Positions 8,501 to 18,284 of a stretch of DNA of 40,665 nucleotides are shown piece after piece. Within the stretch, counting starts at the first letter, position 1. Each line of letters opens with the position of its first letter. The notes below the pieces were generated by a model, which saw only the letters and a list, made by a program, of their open reading frames with translations, searched no databases and was not told the DNA's origin. This DNA is from Microcystaceae cyanobacterium (GTDB lineage: Bacteria > Cyanobacteriota > Cyanobacteriia > Cyanobacteriales > Microcystaceae). A program made the translations under genes and the position numbers. The stretch lies in contig JBGTGT010000118.1 of NCBI GenBank assembly GCA_041746575.1, positions 1 through 40,665 on the forward strand, read 5' to 3'.

Positions 8501-10417
8501 TCAATTCTCTGTATCTAAAAGGGGTGTTTCTGTTGCGCTGGGGTTGACGTCTTCCGTTGGGGGATTTATTTCATCAGGGGGATTAGAATCTGAGGCTTTA
8601 AGAAACTGCCAAAGGCCGAAGCCACTTAAACCCACCAATAATAAAATACCTAGAAGGATAGCAATTGGGCTTTTGCTTTTTGCTGATACATGACTTTGTT
8701 TGGGCAGTTCTTGCTGTATTTCTGTATTTTCGTCTTCTTCCGGCACAAGAGTCGCTAAGGGGTCAAGTTCTGGTGAATTAGACAGCGTTGTCTCCTCTAT
8801 GGAGAGAGCATCCGTAAAGACTAAAGGGGTAATAGTATCAGGAACGCTCACCTTACAGTAAATCAGGGCAATTGTCACGTTGTCATGACCGTTTTTTTCG
8901 TTTGCAATCTCAATTAAGCGTTTTCCCACCGCCTCAATCTCTGTTTCTTGCTGAAGTAAGGGGGTAATTTCTGTCTGCCAATATTGATCGACCCGATCAT
9001 AGTCGCTTAAGCCGTCAGAACAAAGCAAAAAGATGCAATCTTCCGCTAAAATCCAGCGTTGTATGTTAGGGTGTAAGGCTTTTCCATCACTCATCCCCAA
9101 AGCTTGAACTAACGCCCCAGCATTAGGATAATCTACCGCATTGCGATAGAGTAAATAGCCTAGACGCACTTCCCGCGACGCCAAATCATCATCTACCGTC
9201 ACTTGATGACAGCTATCTGGGGTAATCCAGTAAATCCGAGAATCTCCCACATGAGCGAGATACATTTCATGATGGCGAGATAACCCAATGACGGCAGTCG
9301 TTCCCATGCGTTGCCGTTCTTGGCGATTTTCCCGATCATTGCGTTGACTAATGCGATTATTGGTCACTCTAATGGCTTGTTCAATCGCTTCCATTTGTAG
9401 AGAAGGCGGTTTAGGGGAAGCCGTTACCATCACTTTACTAAATTCTTCTACTAAGGTTTCAATCGCTAAAGCTGAGGCAATTTCTCCTCCTTCTTGGCCG
9501 CCAATGCCGTCACAAACGATGGTTAAGGCCGGTTGCGCTGTTTGAGTGTCAATGCGTTCATTTTCTGGAGGATAACAGGCATCTTCATTATGTTCCCGAC
9601 TCGGTCCTTGATCAGTGGCTGTAAAAATTTCGTAACGATATTGGTAAGATTGACTGCACTCCTCTAACGCTTTATCCAACACCTCAATTAAAGATTGAGC
9701 GTTATTGATCTTGCCCTGTTCTAAACGTTGGCATAATTCCGTCAAAAAAGACCTCAAACTAGAAGAGGCGGTTTCTATCCACGATGACCACAGTTTTCCC
9801 ACTTGTTTCAGCATAACCGCTTGATTGGGGTCGAGTTTTAATTCCAGAATCTGTACCAGTTCACCGTTAATCTTTAACAGGGAAGGATCCAGTAAACTGG
9901 ATACTACTCCCTTACTTTGAAGCGGTTGCCACAGCTTGGCCATTTGCCATAACCAGTGTAATTGACGCAAGGGATTAGCTGACCCCCACCGATCGGTTAA
10001 AGCCGGTAAAAAGGCTTCTCCGTAGCGGAGTTCCCCATTTTGGGTTAATGGAAGACTGCCATATTCTAATAACCAAACGTCTAGCTTAATCGCCTCCTCT
10101 GGACTGGGAAAGTAACTATAAATTTGAGGAATATGTACCCGATAGGGAAAAAGCTTTAAATAGGGCTGAACTTCTCCCGGCATCTCATCGGGAGTATTTG
10201 GGGTTAGTCCGGGCTTCGTATCTAACAAAATGCGCGGATATTTCAGGAGATAGCGTTCTTCGAGCAATTCGCCGACACGGTACGCCTTAATCCAATCCCC
10301 AATCGACCAAAGATATCGCTTGATTAGGGGAGTCTGACATTGTTCGCATTCGTGACGGTCTATCGAATTGATAGCTTGGCAACCGGGATTGGCGCATTGG
10401 ATAGTCGTTTCGGACAT
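8501..10417 (-). CDS. PP2C/PPM Ser/Thr phosphatase with N-terminal Zn ribbon, degenerate kinase-like region and C-terminal TM helix
   Basis: REHNED, CDGIGG, HVGDSR, CSDGL and HDNVT motifs. CxxxxC/CxxC at the N-terminus. Confidence 0.92.
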   Translation of the reverse strand: MSETTIQCANPGCQAINSIDRHECEQCQTPLIKRYLWSIGDWIKAYRVGELLEERYLLKYPRILLDTKPGLTPNTPDEMPGEVQPYLKLFPYRVHIPQIYSYFPSPEEAIKLDVWLLEYGSLPLTQNGELRYGEAFLPALTDRWGSANPLRQLHWLWQMAKLWQPLQSKGVVSSLLDPSLLKINGELVQILELKLDPNQAVMLKQVGKLWSSWIETASSSLRSFLTELCQRLEQGKINNAQSLIEVLDKALEECSQSYQYRYEIFTATDQGPSREHNEDACYPPENERIDTQTAQPALTIVCDGIGGQEGGEIASALAIETLVEEFSKVMVTASPKPPSLQMEAIEQAIRVTNNRISQRNDRENRQERQRMGTTAVIGLSRHHEMYLAHVGDSRIYWITPDSCHQVTVDDDLASREVRLGYLLYRNAVDYPNAGALVQALGMSDGKALHPNIQRWILAEDCIFLLCSDGLSDYDRVDQYWQTEITPLLQQETEIEAVGKRLIEIANEKNGHDNVTIALIYCKVSVPDTITPLVFTDALSIEETTLSNSPELDPLATLVPEEDENTEIQQELPKQSHVSAKSKSPIAILLGILLLVGLSGFGLWQFLKASDSNPPDEINPPTEDVNPSATETPLLDTEN

Positions 10418-10606
10418 GAAGGCTATTCGTCCTAAAAGGCGATGATTTTGAGCGTTGAGCTTAACGTCTTTCCCAGGGTAGCGATCGCTCGCTTACCGTA
10501 GCATCTTCTGATAAGCTTTCTTTTAATTAACGCTATATTGTAAGATTGTAGCGTTTGTCTTTCCTGAGGAATCATCTTTTTTTTTCGTCAATTTTGTCTT
10601 GATGCC

Positions 10607-11167
10607 ATGAAACAACCTAATATTGCCCTACGGCATCTTCTTATGAATAAAGGTAAAGGTGACTTCATTTTTTATGCCACTTGTCTGATTTGGCTCGCTG
10701 GGTTTAGCCTGACGGGATGTTCCGCGCTGACTCCTCTGACGACACAACGTCCCCCCTCGTTAAATGTTCCCAAGGTTCAACCTTTACCCATTACGGCTCA
10801 GTTTCAAGTCGAGCAAGCCGTGATCGAATTAGAAGTAGCCGCAACACCAGAAGCGCAACAGCAAGGGCTAATGTATCGCACTGAGTTAGCCCCTAATCGA
10901 GGGATGCTTTTTTCCTTTTCGCCGCCTAAAGTTGCTCGTTTCTGGATGAAAAATACCCTTATTTCTTTAGATATGATCTTCTTAAAGGACGGGGAGATCA
11001 AAGCTATTTTTCCCCATGTTCCCCCCTGTAAGGTTGATCCCTGCCCTGTCTATGGCCCCTCGACTGACGTTGATCAAGTCATTGAATTAGCCGCAGGACG
11101 GGCGCAATCTCTAGGATTACAAGTGGGTGATCACCTCGAAATTATTCCCCTGAAAACAATTCAGTAA
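10607..11167 (+). CDS. DUF192 family protein, probable lipoprotein
   Basis: GLMYR..GMLF..FWMKNT..LDMIF motifs and LTGC lipobox. The start may be 10643. Confidence 0.9.
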   Translation: MKQPNIALRHLLMNKGKGDFIFYATCLIWLAGFSLTGCSALTPLTTQRPPSLNVPKVQPLPITAQFQVEQAVIELEVAATPEAQQQGLMYRTELAPNRGMLFSFSPPKVARFWMKNTLISLDMIFLKDGEIKAIFPHVPPCKVDPCPVYGPSTDVDQVIELAAGRAQSLGLQVGDHLEIIPLKTIQ

Positions 11168-11727
11168 TTTTACTGAAAACCTTCTCTGAAAACGACGGGT
11201 ATTTTGCTCAATTATGCCCTTTTTTTCTTTACAAAATTAAATGCTTTTTACCGATTTTTTGTGTCAAAATAACGGATAGTCAGTAGACAAGTTTTTGCCA
11301 TCGACTGATCAAACCTCCAGTGTTTAAGGAAGTGAGATTCTCCCCACAACGCCTCAGGACATTTGATAAATAAAACTGCTGACCCATCAGTGGTGGTCGA
11401 ATCACTGAACGTTGGAAACCATTTATTTCTCCTACGATTCTCGATTCCCTGACTCCTGTAAAAATCTGCGGCATCCCTCAATGCAAATGACCGTTAGCAC
11501 GGCAATTTCTTCAGTCTTCCCACTGAATTTGTTCTCTGACGATTTGAAGGATAACCATTGATTGATTCCTACTCTTCTGAAATCTTAAATAAATCTTAAG
11601 ATCAAAAAAAGTCTCTTGCGCTTTAATCCCCCTTGCGCCATAATTCTAAGTCTGTGTCACAAAGATCAGACTAATGTACTGAATTGCTATTTTCGTGGCC
11701 TTCTCTAACCTCAATTCAATAAAATCC

Positions 11728-11919
11728 ATGCAAAGCAACAATTACTCCCGTTTTTTACAGTTCCTGCGCGAGGAATTGGCCTTATCGCCAGACTCCCTTG
11801 CGATCGCCCAACGATCTATGGAACAATACCAAGGTCCCTTGCCGATGGTTCTCTGGCAATATGGTCTAGTAACGCTCGAAGAATTAAATCGGATTTATGA
11901 TTGGCTAGAACAAGCTTAA
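11728..11919 (+). CDS. DUF2949 family protein
   Basis: FLREEL..GPLPMVLWQYGLVTLEEL..IYDWLE signature. Confidence 0.9.
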   Translation: MQSNNYSRFLQFLREELALSPDSLAIAQRSMEQYQGPLPMVLWQYGLVTLEELNRIYDWLEQA

Positions 11920-11972
11920 AGGGATCGGCTCGTTTTCACAAATTTTTAATAACATAAATTTAAATTAAAAAG

Positions 11973-12719
11973 TTAATTAGCTTGTAAAAACGTAAGATAT
12001 TTCTCGCTTAACTCTTTCACCGCAGTATCAAAGAATTGTTTTCCGTGTTCTGGTGTTGCTAAGGCAGGATTTGACCCCATTCGTCCATCGGGGTAATGTC
12101 GCCGGAAATCTTCAGCCCCATAAATAGGATAGCCCGACGCGACCTCTTTTGATAAAGGGGCTTTTTTGAGCGATTCAGGGTAAACAAACTGAGTCAAAGC
12201 AACTTCTGAAGGCGTAGCATGGGAACCCTCTTGATTGCCATATAATTCTTTGGCTAATTGATACACAGAACGGCACATAAACCAATTTCCCACTTCACAC
12301 CGAACCTGAGAGGCATTCGGGAGATTCAAGAAAGATAAATGATAGTAAGTTTCCGAAAAAGCCGCCTTTAAAGTCGCAATATTGCCCCCGTGACCATTAA
12401 TAAAGTAAAACCGTGTAAATCCCACCTTTACTAAGCAGGTAAGATAATCGATGATCACCTGAATTAAGGTACTGGGGCGTAGGCTAATCGTGCCAGGAAA
12501 GGCGGTATGATGTAAGGCCATTCCCACATTAAGCGTCGGACTGACGAGGGCTCCTGTTGTTTCCCCAACTCCTTTGGCAATCACTTCAGCACAAATGGCA
12601 TCCGTTCCAATTAAGCCCATCGGGCTATGTTGTTCAGTAGAACCGATCGGGAGAATGATACCTGATGAAGTGTGTAAATAGTGTTCAACTTCTGGCCAAG
12701 TGCTGAGGTGGAGTTGCAT
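11973..12719 (-). CDS. Creatininase/creatinine amidohydrolase family protein
   Basis: PIGSTEQH..GTD, NGHGGN and HA..E motifs. Start taken as the ATG at 12719. Confidence 0.92.
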   Translation of the reverse strand: MQLHLSTWPEVEHYLHTSSGIILPIGSTEQHSPMGLIGTDAICAEVIAKGVGETTGALVSPTLNVGMALHHTAFPGTISLRPSTLIQVIIDYLTCLVKVGFTRFYFINGHGGNIATLKAAFSETYYHLSFLNLPNASQVRCEVGNWFMCRSVYQLAKELYGNQEGSHATPSEVALTQFVYPESLKKAPLSKEVASGYPIYGAEDFRRHYPDGRMGSNPALATPEHGKQFFDTAVKELSEKYLTFLQAN

Positions 12720-13094
12720 AGTGTCCAATTGATGGCAGTTGATAACCTTATTTTATCACTAATTTTTTCAATTATCCTAGTCATTCCCAGATAGAGCCAG
12801 TCTTCGTTGTAATGAGTTGATAGTGATTGATTTCCGAAAAGTGAAATCGTGACTACCGAAAACAGAATTGCTTACTGGATGAACGGTTTTGTATCATAGA
12901 GTTGTAGCTTAGCTCAAAGCAAAATGAAGAATTGAGAAGGAAGAATTCAAATACTTAAGGATTGTGTTATAAATAGACCGCTTGCATCCTTGAAATTTTC
13001 TTCTATTCTTTTGCCTTTTTTTCTCAGACTCTCTGAATTCTGCCTTAAAGTCTGATCGTGGTTTTTCCGTCTTTTACGCAACCCTGTTCCCACT

Positions 13095-14999
13095 ATGTGG
13101 AAAAAGCCAATTTTTAAAAAGTTAGAAAGAGGGATGAACAATCTTCCCGGAATGACAATTATTATAGTCATTATTTTGGCGCGGGGGCTAGGTTTATTAC
13201 AAGGATGGGAATGGACGAGCTTTGACGGGTTGTTGCACTTACGCCCGTTAGAAGCAAGAGATGAACGAATTGTTATTATTGGCATTAATGAATCAGATAT
13301 TCGGGAAATAAAGCAATATCCTCTATCAGATGCTGAAATTGCTAGCTTGATCCAAAATTTACAACAATATAACCCCAGAGCCATTGGCTTAGATATCGTG
13401 CGCGACCTTCCTGTGGAACCTGGCCACGAACAAATCGTTAAAATTTTACAAAATACCTCCAATCTCTTCGGTATTCAACAAGTTTTAGGCTTAGGAATTG
13501 CGCCACCGACTGCCTTACCTGCCACCCAAATCGGCTTTTCTGATGCTCTGCCTGACGCTGATGGACGAATGCGGCGTAGTTTACTGGGAACCTATGTTAA
13601 GAATAACCCCGATTATCAATTTTCTTTGGCCTTACGCCTTGCTGAAGCCTATTTAATCCGAGAAGGTTTTACCCTAGAAAATGGACAAAAAGATCCCAAA
13701 ACCATGCGTTTCGGGACAGTGGAACTTCCGCGTTTTTTTGCTCATACAGGAAGTTACGTAAATGCAGAAGCAGGAGGGGTACAAATTTTATTAAATTATC
13801 GCAATAATCACCAAGGTTTTCCAACCTTTTCTTTAAAAGATATAAAATCAGGCAACATTAACGCCCAATCCTTAAAAGATCGTTTAATTTTAATTGGGAT
13901 GACCACCCCCAGCGTACCGGATTTGGTTTATACTACTACCGTTTTTTCTTCTCAAGTAAAAGGAGAGATTTATGGGGTCGAATTTCAAGCCCATGCCATT
14001 AGTCAAATTCTTAGTGCCGTCCTTGATCGGAGACCCCTTTTAAGAAGTTTAGCAGAAGGATGGGAATATCTTTGGATTATTGCTTGGGGATTAGGAGGGA
14101 TTTATCTAAGTCACTTAACCGTTTCCCCGATTAAGAATTTATTGGCTGTGGTTATATCGTGTTTGATTTTAATAGTAATTGGCTATCTTTTTTTGCTAGG
14201 GGGATGGTGGTTACCGATTATTCCTGCTCTATTAGCATTAGGATTGAACGGGATCATTTTGAGTAGTTTTTATCTGTCTTACCGTAGCTTATTATTACAA
14301 TTAGCAGGGCGTCAACAGACCATAGAAGAAACCTTAACCATTATTCATAATGGACCCTTACAAACCTTAGCAACAGCTTTAAAGAAAGCGAGAAACAAAG
14401 AAAATGAAGAGATAATAAGGGACTTAGAATACCTCAATCAAGAAATTCGGGGCATTGGTGAGTATCTCAGGCAAGACTCCTTGCATCCCTCAGAAAGTTT
14501 ACGATTAGGTAGTGGGTTAATACTCGATTTAAGACATCCGCTTCATGAGTTGTTTTACCAAGTTTATAGCAGTACCCTTAACCGAAAATTGCCTTGCTTT
14601 ACCACATTGAAAGTCAAAATTCGTGCTTTCGATCCTATTTCTACGCCCTTGACGCTTGAAATAAAACAGGAACTTTGTCAATTTCTTGAAGAAGCTTTAT
14701 GTAATATCGGTAAACACGCTCAAGGCGTCATTCGGATTGACGCGATTGGCACGGAAAAGGAAGGATGGTATATTTTAAGTATTCAAGATAACGGCACTGG
14801 AAAAAACGTTATTTCAGAGTGTCTAGGCACTCAGCAAGCTCAAAAATTAGCCAAACGGTTAAAGGGAATATTCCGACGGGAAAGGCTACAGCCCCGAGGC
14901 ATTCTATGTGAGTTAAGTTGGCCTTTATTACCGCAAAAACAATTCAAGTTAGCTTCGTTGATGGCGTTTATTCAACATAAGCTTTATTTCAAAAAGTAA
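13095..14999 (+). CDS. CHASE2-domain sensor histidine kinase (HisKA_3-like)
   Basis: CHASE2 motifs (IGLDIVRD, DADGRMRR, GVEFQA), 3 further TMs, H-box IHNGPLQ, N-box EALCNIGKHA, DNGTG. Confidence 0.88.
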   Translation: MWKKPIFKKLERGMNNLPGMTIIIVIILARGLGLLQGWEWTSFDGLLHLRPLEARDERIVIIGINESDIREIKQYPLSDAEIASLIQNLQQYNPRAIGLDIVRDLPVEPGHEQIVKILQNTSNLFGIQQVLGLGIAPPTALPATQIGFSDALPDADGRMRRSLLGTYVKNNPDYQFSLALRLAEAYLIREGFTLENGQKDPKTMRFGTVELPRFFAHTGSYVNAEAGGVQILLNYRNNHQGFPTFSLKDIKSGNINAQSLKDRLILIGMTTPSVPDLVYTTTVFSSQVKGEIYGVEFQAHAISQILSAVLDRRPLLRSLAEGWEYLWIIAWGLGGIYLSHLTVSPIKNLLAVVISCLILIVIGYLFLLGGWWLPIIPALLALGLNGIILSSFYLSYRSLLLQLAGRQQTIEETLTIIHNGPLQTLATALKKARNKENEEIIRDLEYLNQEIRGIGEYLRQDSLHPSESLRLGSGLILDLRHPLHELFYQVYSSTLNRKLPCFTTLKVKIRAFDPISTPLTLEIKQELCQFLEEALCNIGKHAQGVIRIDAIGTEKEGWYILSIQDNGTGKNVISECLGTQQAQKLAKRLKGIFRRERLQPRGILCELSWPLLPQKQFKLASLMAFIQHKLYFKK

Positions 15000-15030
15000 T
15001 CTTTTTAATGATAATTTGATTTAAAATCTC

Positions 15031-15783
15031 ATGAAAACTATCACACCTAAACTCGTTTTTCTGCCGATGTTACTTTTGAGCATCACGGCTTTTGCAGGAA
15101 TCGCTCTAGCAGACTACGTGCCACCCTCTCAACAGGAAAGGGCAGGAGATTATTCTAAATCAACAGGGGTTAGAGGGGGCGGAAACCAACCGCTTTTGAT
15201 TCTTCTTGCACCGCAAACGTATGTCGGTCAAACCTTTTCAAATATGCCTTCTTTTGTCTGGATAGTGAAAGCTCAATCATCTAGTTATGAAACCGATTTT
15301 CGGTTATTTGAATTCGATGAAAAAGGGAATATTCACGCCAGAGGAAATCCTTTAAGATTTCAGAGTGAAGAGGGAATTAATCAGTTATCTTTTCCGCCCC
15401 ATCAACTGCCCTTAACCCTCAGTAAAAAGTATCTTTGGCAAGTGGCTATTCGGCAAAATAATGGGGATTGGCTCATTCAAAAAGCAGAATTTCGACAAGT
15501 TGAAATGCCGCTTAAGGTAGCACAAACCTTAACCTTACTGAGCCAAGAAACGGATAGGGCAGAACTGTATGCTGAGAATGGTTTTTGGTATGATGCCTTA
15601 GCTTCGAGTTTAGGGCTAGCACATCAAGGCGAATTAGGTCCTCAAGCCTCTCATTTTCTCCAATCTTTGGCTGAATCGGATAATCTTTCTTTGTCTGAAG
15701 AGATTGAAGCGTCAATGATGCCAAAACGTATGGATGATTTAATGCATATTGCTGAATACTATTTAGAAAAAAAAGACAATTAA
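15031..15783 (+). CDS. DUF928 family exported protein
   Basis: Signal peptide ALA, GVRG motif, P.FVW, KKYLWQV and YAENGFWYDAL. Confidence 0.88.
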   Translation: MKTITPKLVFLPMLLLSITAFAGIALADYVPPSQQERAGDYSKSTGVRGGGNQPLLILLAPQTYVGQTFSNMPSFVWIVKAQSSSYETDFRLFEFDEKGNIHARGNPLRFQSEEGINQLSFPPHQLPLTLSKKYLWQVAIRQNNGDWLIQKAEFRQVEMPLKVAQTLTLLSQETDRAELYAENGFWYDALASSLGLAHQGELGPQASHFLQSLAESDNLSLSEEIEASMMPKRMDDLMHIAEYYLEKKDN

Positions 15784-15832
15784 ACCATTTGATTCGTTTG
15801 ATGTTAGCTTCAAGGATTCTCTTTTTTGAAAT

Positions 15833-16474
15833 ATGCTTTCTATTCTTATTATTGACGATCATGCTCTGATTCTCGAAGGAACACTTAAAGTCATTCAAGA
15901 ACGCTATTCTGATGCCTATTGTTTAACGACGCAAACGGCTCAAGAAGCAACGCAATGGCTTAATATGAAAACCTTTGACTTAGTGGTGATGGATTTATCT
16001 TTACCCGAAAAGACGGGAGCGACTGCCGATATTGAAACAGGATTACAGTTTTTAAAAAATACCTTAAAACATTATCCTGAACTTAATATCATGGTACAAA
16101 GTAGCTATATCAAAGTTTTAATGCGTCTCAAACACGATATTGATAGTCATCAAGGGGGATTCACCATTGCAGATAAAGGGTTATCAGAGTCAGATATGTT
16201 AAGTCGGGTGAATTGGGCGATGCAAGGGTTAACCCATACTAAAGACTTAAAGGTGGGTTTAGAGATTAAACCAGAATGGTTAGATGTCGTCCGATTGGCT
16301 TTTGAAGAAGGATTGCAAGATAAAGCGATCGCTAAGAAGCTACACGTCTCTGAACGGATGATTCGTCACTATTGGACAAAATTGCAAGACGTACTCGAAA
16401 TTTACCCTGAAGAAGATAAAAACTTGCGAATTTTAACACTAAAACGCGCTAGGGAAGAGGGACTCATTGATTAA
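15833..16474 (+). CDS. NarL/LuxR-family response regulator
   Basis: IDDH and MDLSLP receiver motifs, C-terminal HTH (DKAIAKKLHVSERMIRHY). Confidence 0.92.
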   Translation: MLSILIIDDHALILEGTLKVIQERYSDAYCLTTQTAQEATQWLNMKTFDLVVMDLSLPEKTGATADIETGLQFLKNTLKHYPELNIMVQSSYIKVLMRLKHDIDSHQGGFTIADKGLSESDMLSRVNWAMQGLTHTKDLKVGLEIKPEWLDVVRLAFEEGLQDKAIAKKLHVSERMIRHYWTKLQDVLEIYPEEDKNLRILTLKRAREEGLID

Positions 16475-16484
16475 CTTTCAACCC

Positions 16485-17561
16485 TCAATCCGGTAATCGA
16501 AAGACGTCAGCAAAAATTGCCTGTTTTTCAGGACGACGATTCTCATTAGGATCATCATAAACAATCATTAAACCGTTTTCATAACCCAGACAAGGCAGCA
16601 AGGTTAATCCTTCGGCATGATCTGAGCCAATCGTAAAAGGTAAATCAAACAAAACCGTTAAATAACCCGAATCTTGACTCCAGAGGGTGTCCTGACTATG
16701 ATCAAGGACATCTTTCAAGCGAAATAATTGCATCGCTCCTTCTAATTCCATGGTTGGCCCTGCTAGAATGAGTAAATCCCCGTTATATAAATATAGTTCC
16801 CGAATTCCCAAACCATTGAGGTCTAGAAAGTGTTTCCGATAAAAAACCCCATCCCCTAAATCTTTCAGCGTGAGTACCCCCGGTGCAGACACTTCTACCT
16901 CTATTTCTAGAATAATTGCCCATCCGCGCAACACGGGGCCGCGTAATCCCAAGAAAATTTGATTGCCTCGAACGGCGAGTCCTTCGATATCAAATCCGTT
17001 ATCTTTAGAGGGCAATTGTATCGATAAAAAGCGACCCAAATGTTCATCTTTGGCTAACGCTTCCATTATTAAATTGTGGTTTTCTATTTTTTCTAAGCAA
17101 GCCGCCGACAGAGCGGTTTCCCCATCATCAGAACGGGCATAAGTTGGGACTAATTCTCCATTTAGAACCGGCAAGCGGGCTAGGAGAAAGCGATTAGAAT
17201 CTTGCTCAATTTCCGATAGGCGTTCAATATCTTTTGTAGGCTTTTTGCCCTTTGTTTTATTTCGTTTAAAACTGTGAGATCCCGTTACCCACAGATAACC
17301 GTCAGCATAATCTAACCCTTCAATATCAATTTCCGAATCGGTGTCAAAAATATCAATATAATCTTTGATGTGAAATGTTTTATGATTTCCATAAACATAA
17401 TCCCCCATGGGGGTAAGACGTTCTAGGGTTAGGAATTCATCTGAGCCAAGCCAAAGATTGCCATCTGGAGTACGGGCAACTGCCGAAAGTTCTCTTAACA
17501 AATCATCTGATTTGCTTTGAAATTTTAATAAAACTCGACTGAGTAAAAATCCATTTGGCAT
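16485..17561 (-). CDS. DUF3616 family protein (beta-propeller-like)
   Basis: DIEGL, WVTGSHS, KDNGFDIEGL, GLRGPVLRGWA and HAEG motifs. Start probably the ATG at 17561. Confidence 0.85.
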   Translation of the reverse strand: MPNGFLLSRVLLKFQSKSDDLLRELSAVARTPDGNLWLGSDEFLTLERLTPMGDYVYGNHKTFHIKDYIDIFDTDSEIDIEGLDYADGYLWVTGSHSFKRNKTKGKKPTKDIERLSEIEQDSNRFLLARLPVLNGELVPTYARSDDGETALSAACLEKIENHNLIMEALAKDEHLGRFLSIQLPSKDNGFDIEGLAVRGNQIFLGLRGPVLRGWAIILEIEVEVSAPGVLTLKDLGDGVFYRKHFLDLNGLGIRELYLYNGDLLILAGPTMELEGAMQLFRLKDVLDHSQDTLWSQDSGYLTVLFDLPFTIGSDHAEGLTLLPCLGYENGLMIVYDDPNENRRPEKQAIFADVFRLPD

Positions 17562-17658
17562 AAGATTGGCTCTCTGAATATGAGACAAATCTGATAGAAA
17601 ATTGTTAATCGTCGCTTATTTTGAATAAGGCTAACTTTATGCTTAACTTTTCCCTATT

Positions 17659-18042
17659 TTACCACCATTTTCGTTCCCCCGACTCCTCATCAACCCGTGC
17701 TTGACGAATCACATCTGAAATTTCTTCGGCATCTTTAACATGGTGTAATGCTTTTTGACCTTCTTCGGGATCATCTACAACGAAGTAAGTCGGAACCACA
17801 ATGCGATCGCCGGTGATATCGCCCGTATTAACGGCCACTTGTTGGGATTTTTCTTCTAGGGTCATGTCATCATCGATGCGATCGCCCGGATTAACGGTTG
17901 GCTTCTCGTTTTCCATAATTTCTTGATGGGCGGCTCTTTGTTCGGGAGAAACCTGCTCAGGCGATAAGGGTTGGTGAATGGGTTTACGATTTGATTCTTT
18001 ACGATTTGATTCTTCAGAAGGTTGGGGCGTTTGATTACTCAT
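17659..18042 (-). CDS. Hypothetical acidic hydrophilic protein, probably stress-induced
   Basis: 127-aa ORF with a 15-bp tandem duplication (17983-18012, ESNRK x2). Confidence 0.75.
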   Translation of the reverse strand: MSNQTPQPSEESNRKESNRKPIHQPLSPEQVSPEQRAAHQEIMENEKPTVNPGDRIDDDMTLEEKSQQVAVNTGDITGDRIVVPTYFVVDDPEEGQKALHHVKDAEEISDVIRQARVDEESGERKWW

Positions 18043-18284
18043 GATAAATATTTTTTAAGGGACTACCATTACTTTTACGATAAGATATAAAGGTTTCCAG
18101 TAACATCTTTCAAAGGGGACAAGTTTTTTATATCTCTTTGGAATTATCTCTATCGAACAGTAGAGTTGGAAAATTAATTGTGTTAGGATTTTTAGAGAAT
18201 AAAATCATCACGTAATAATGATAAGTTCTCAATTGTAACCGCCTTAATTTTTAATTTTTTTTGCCATTATCATTATCTATATCT

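Noticed and set aside
12947..13462. 171-aa minus-strand ORF
   Set aside because: Shadow of the CHASE2 kinase with no recognisable motifs.
15512..15898. 128-aa minus-strand ORF
   Set aside because: Antisense to DUF928 and the response regulator.
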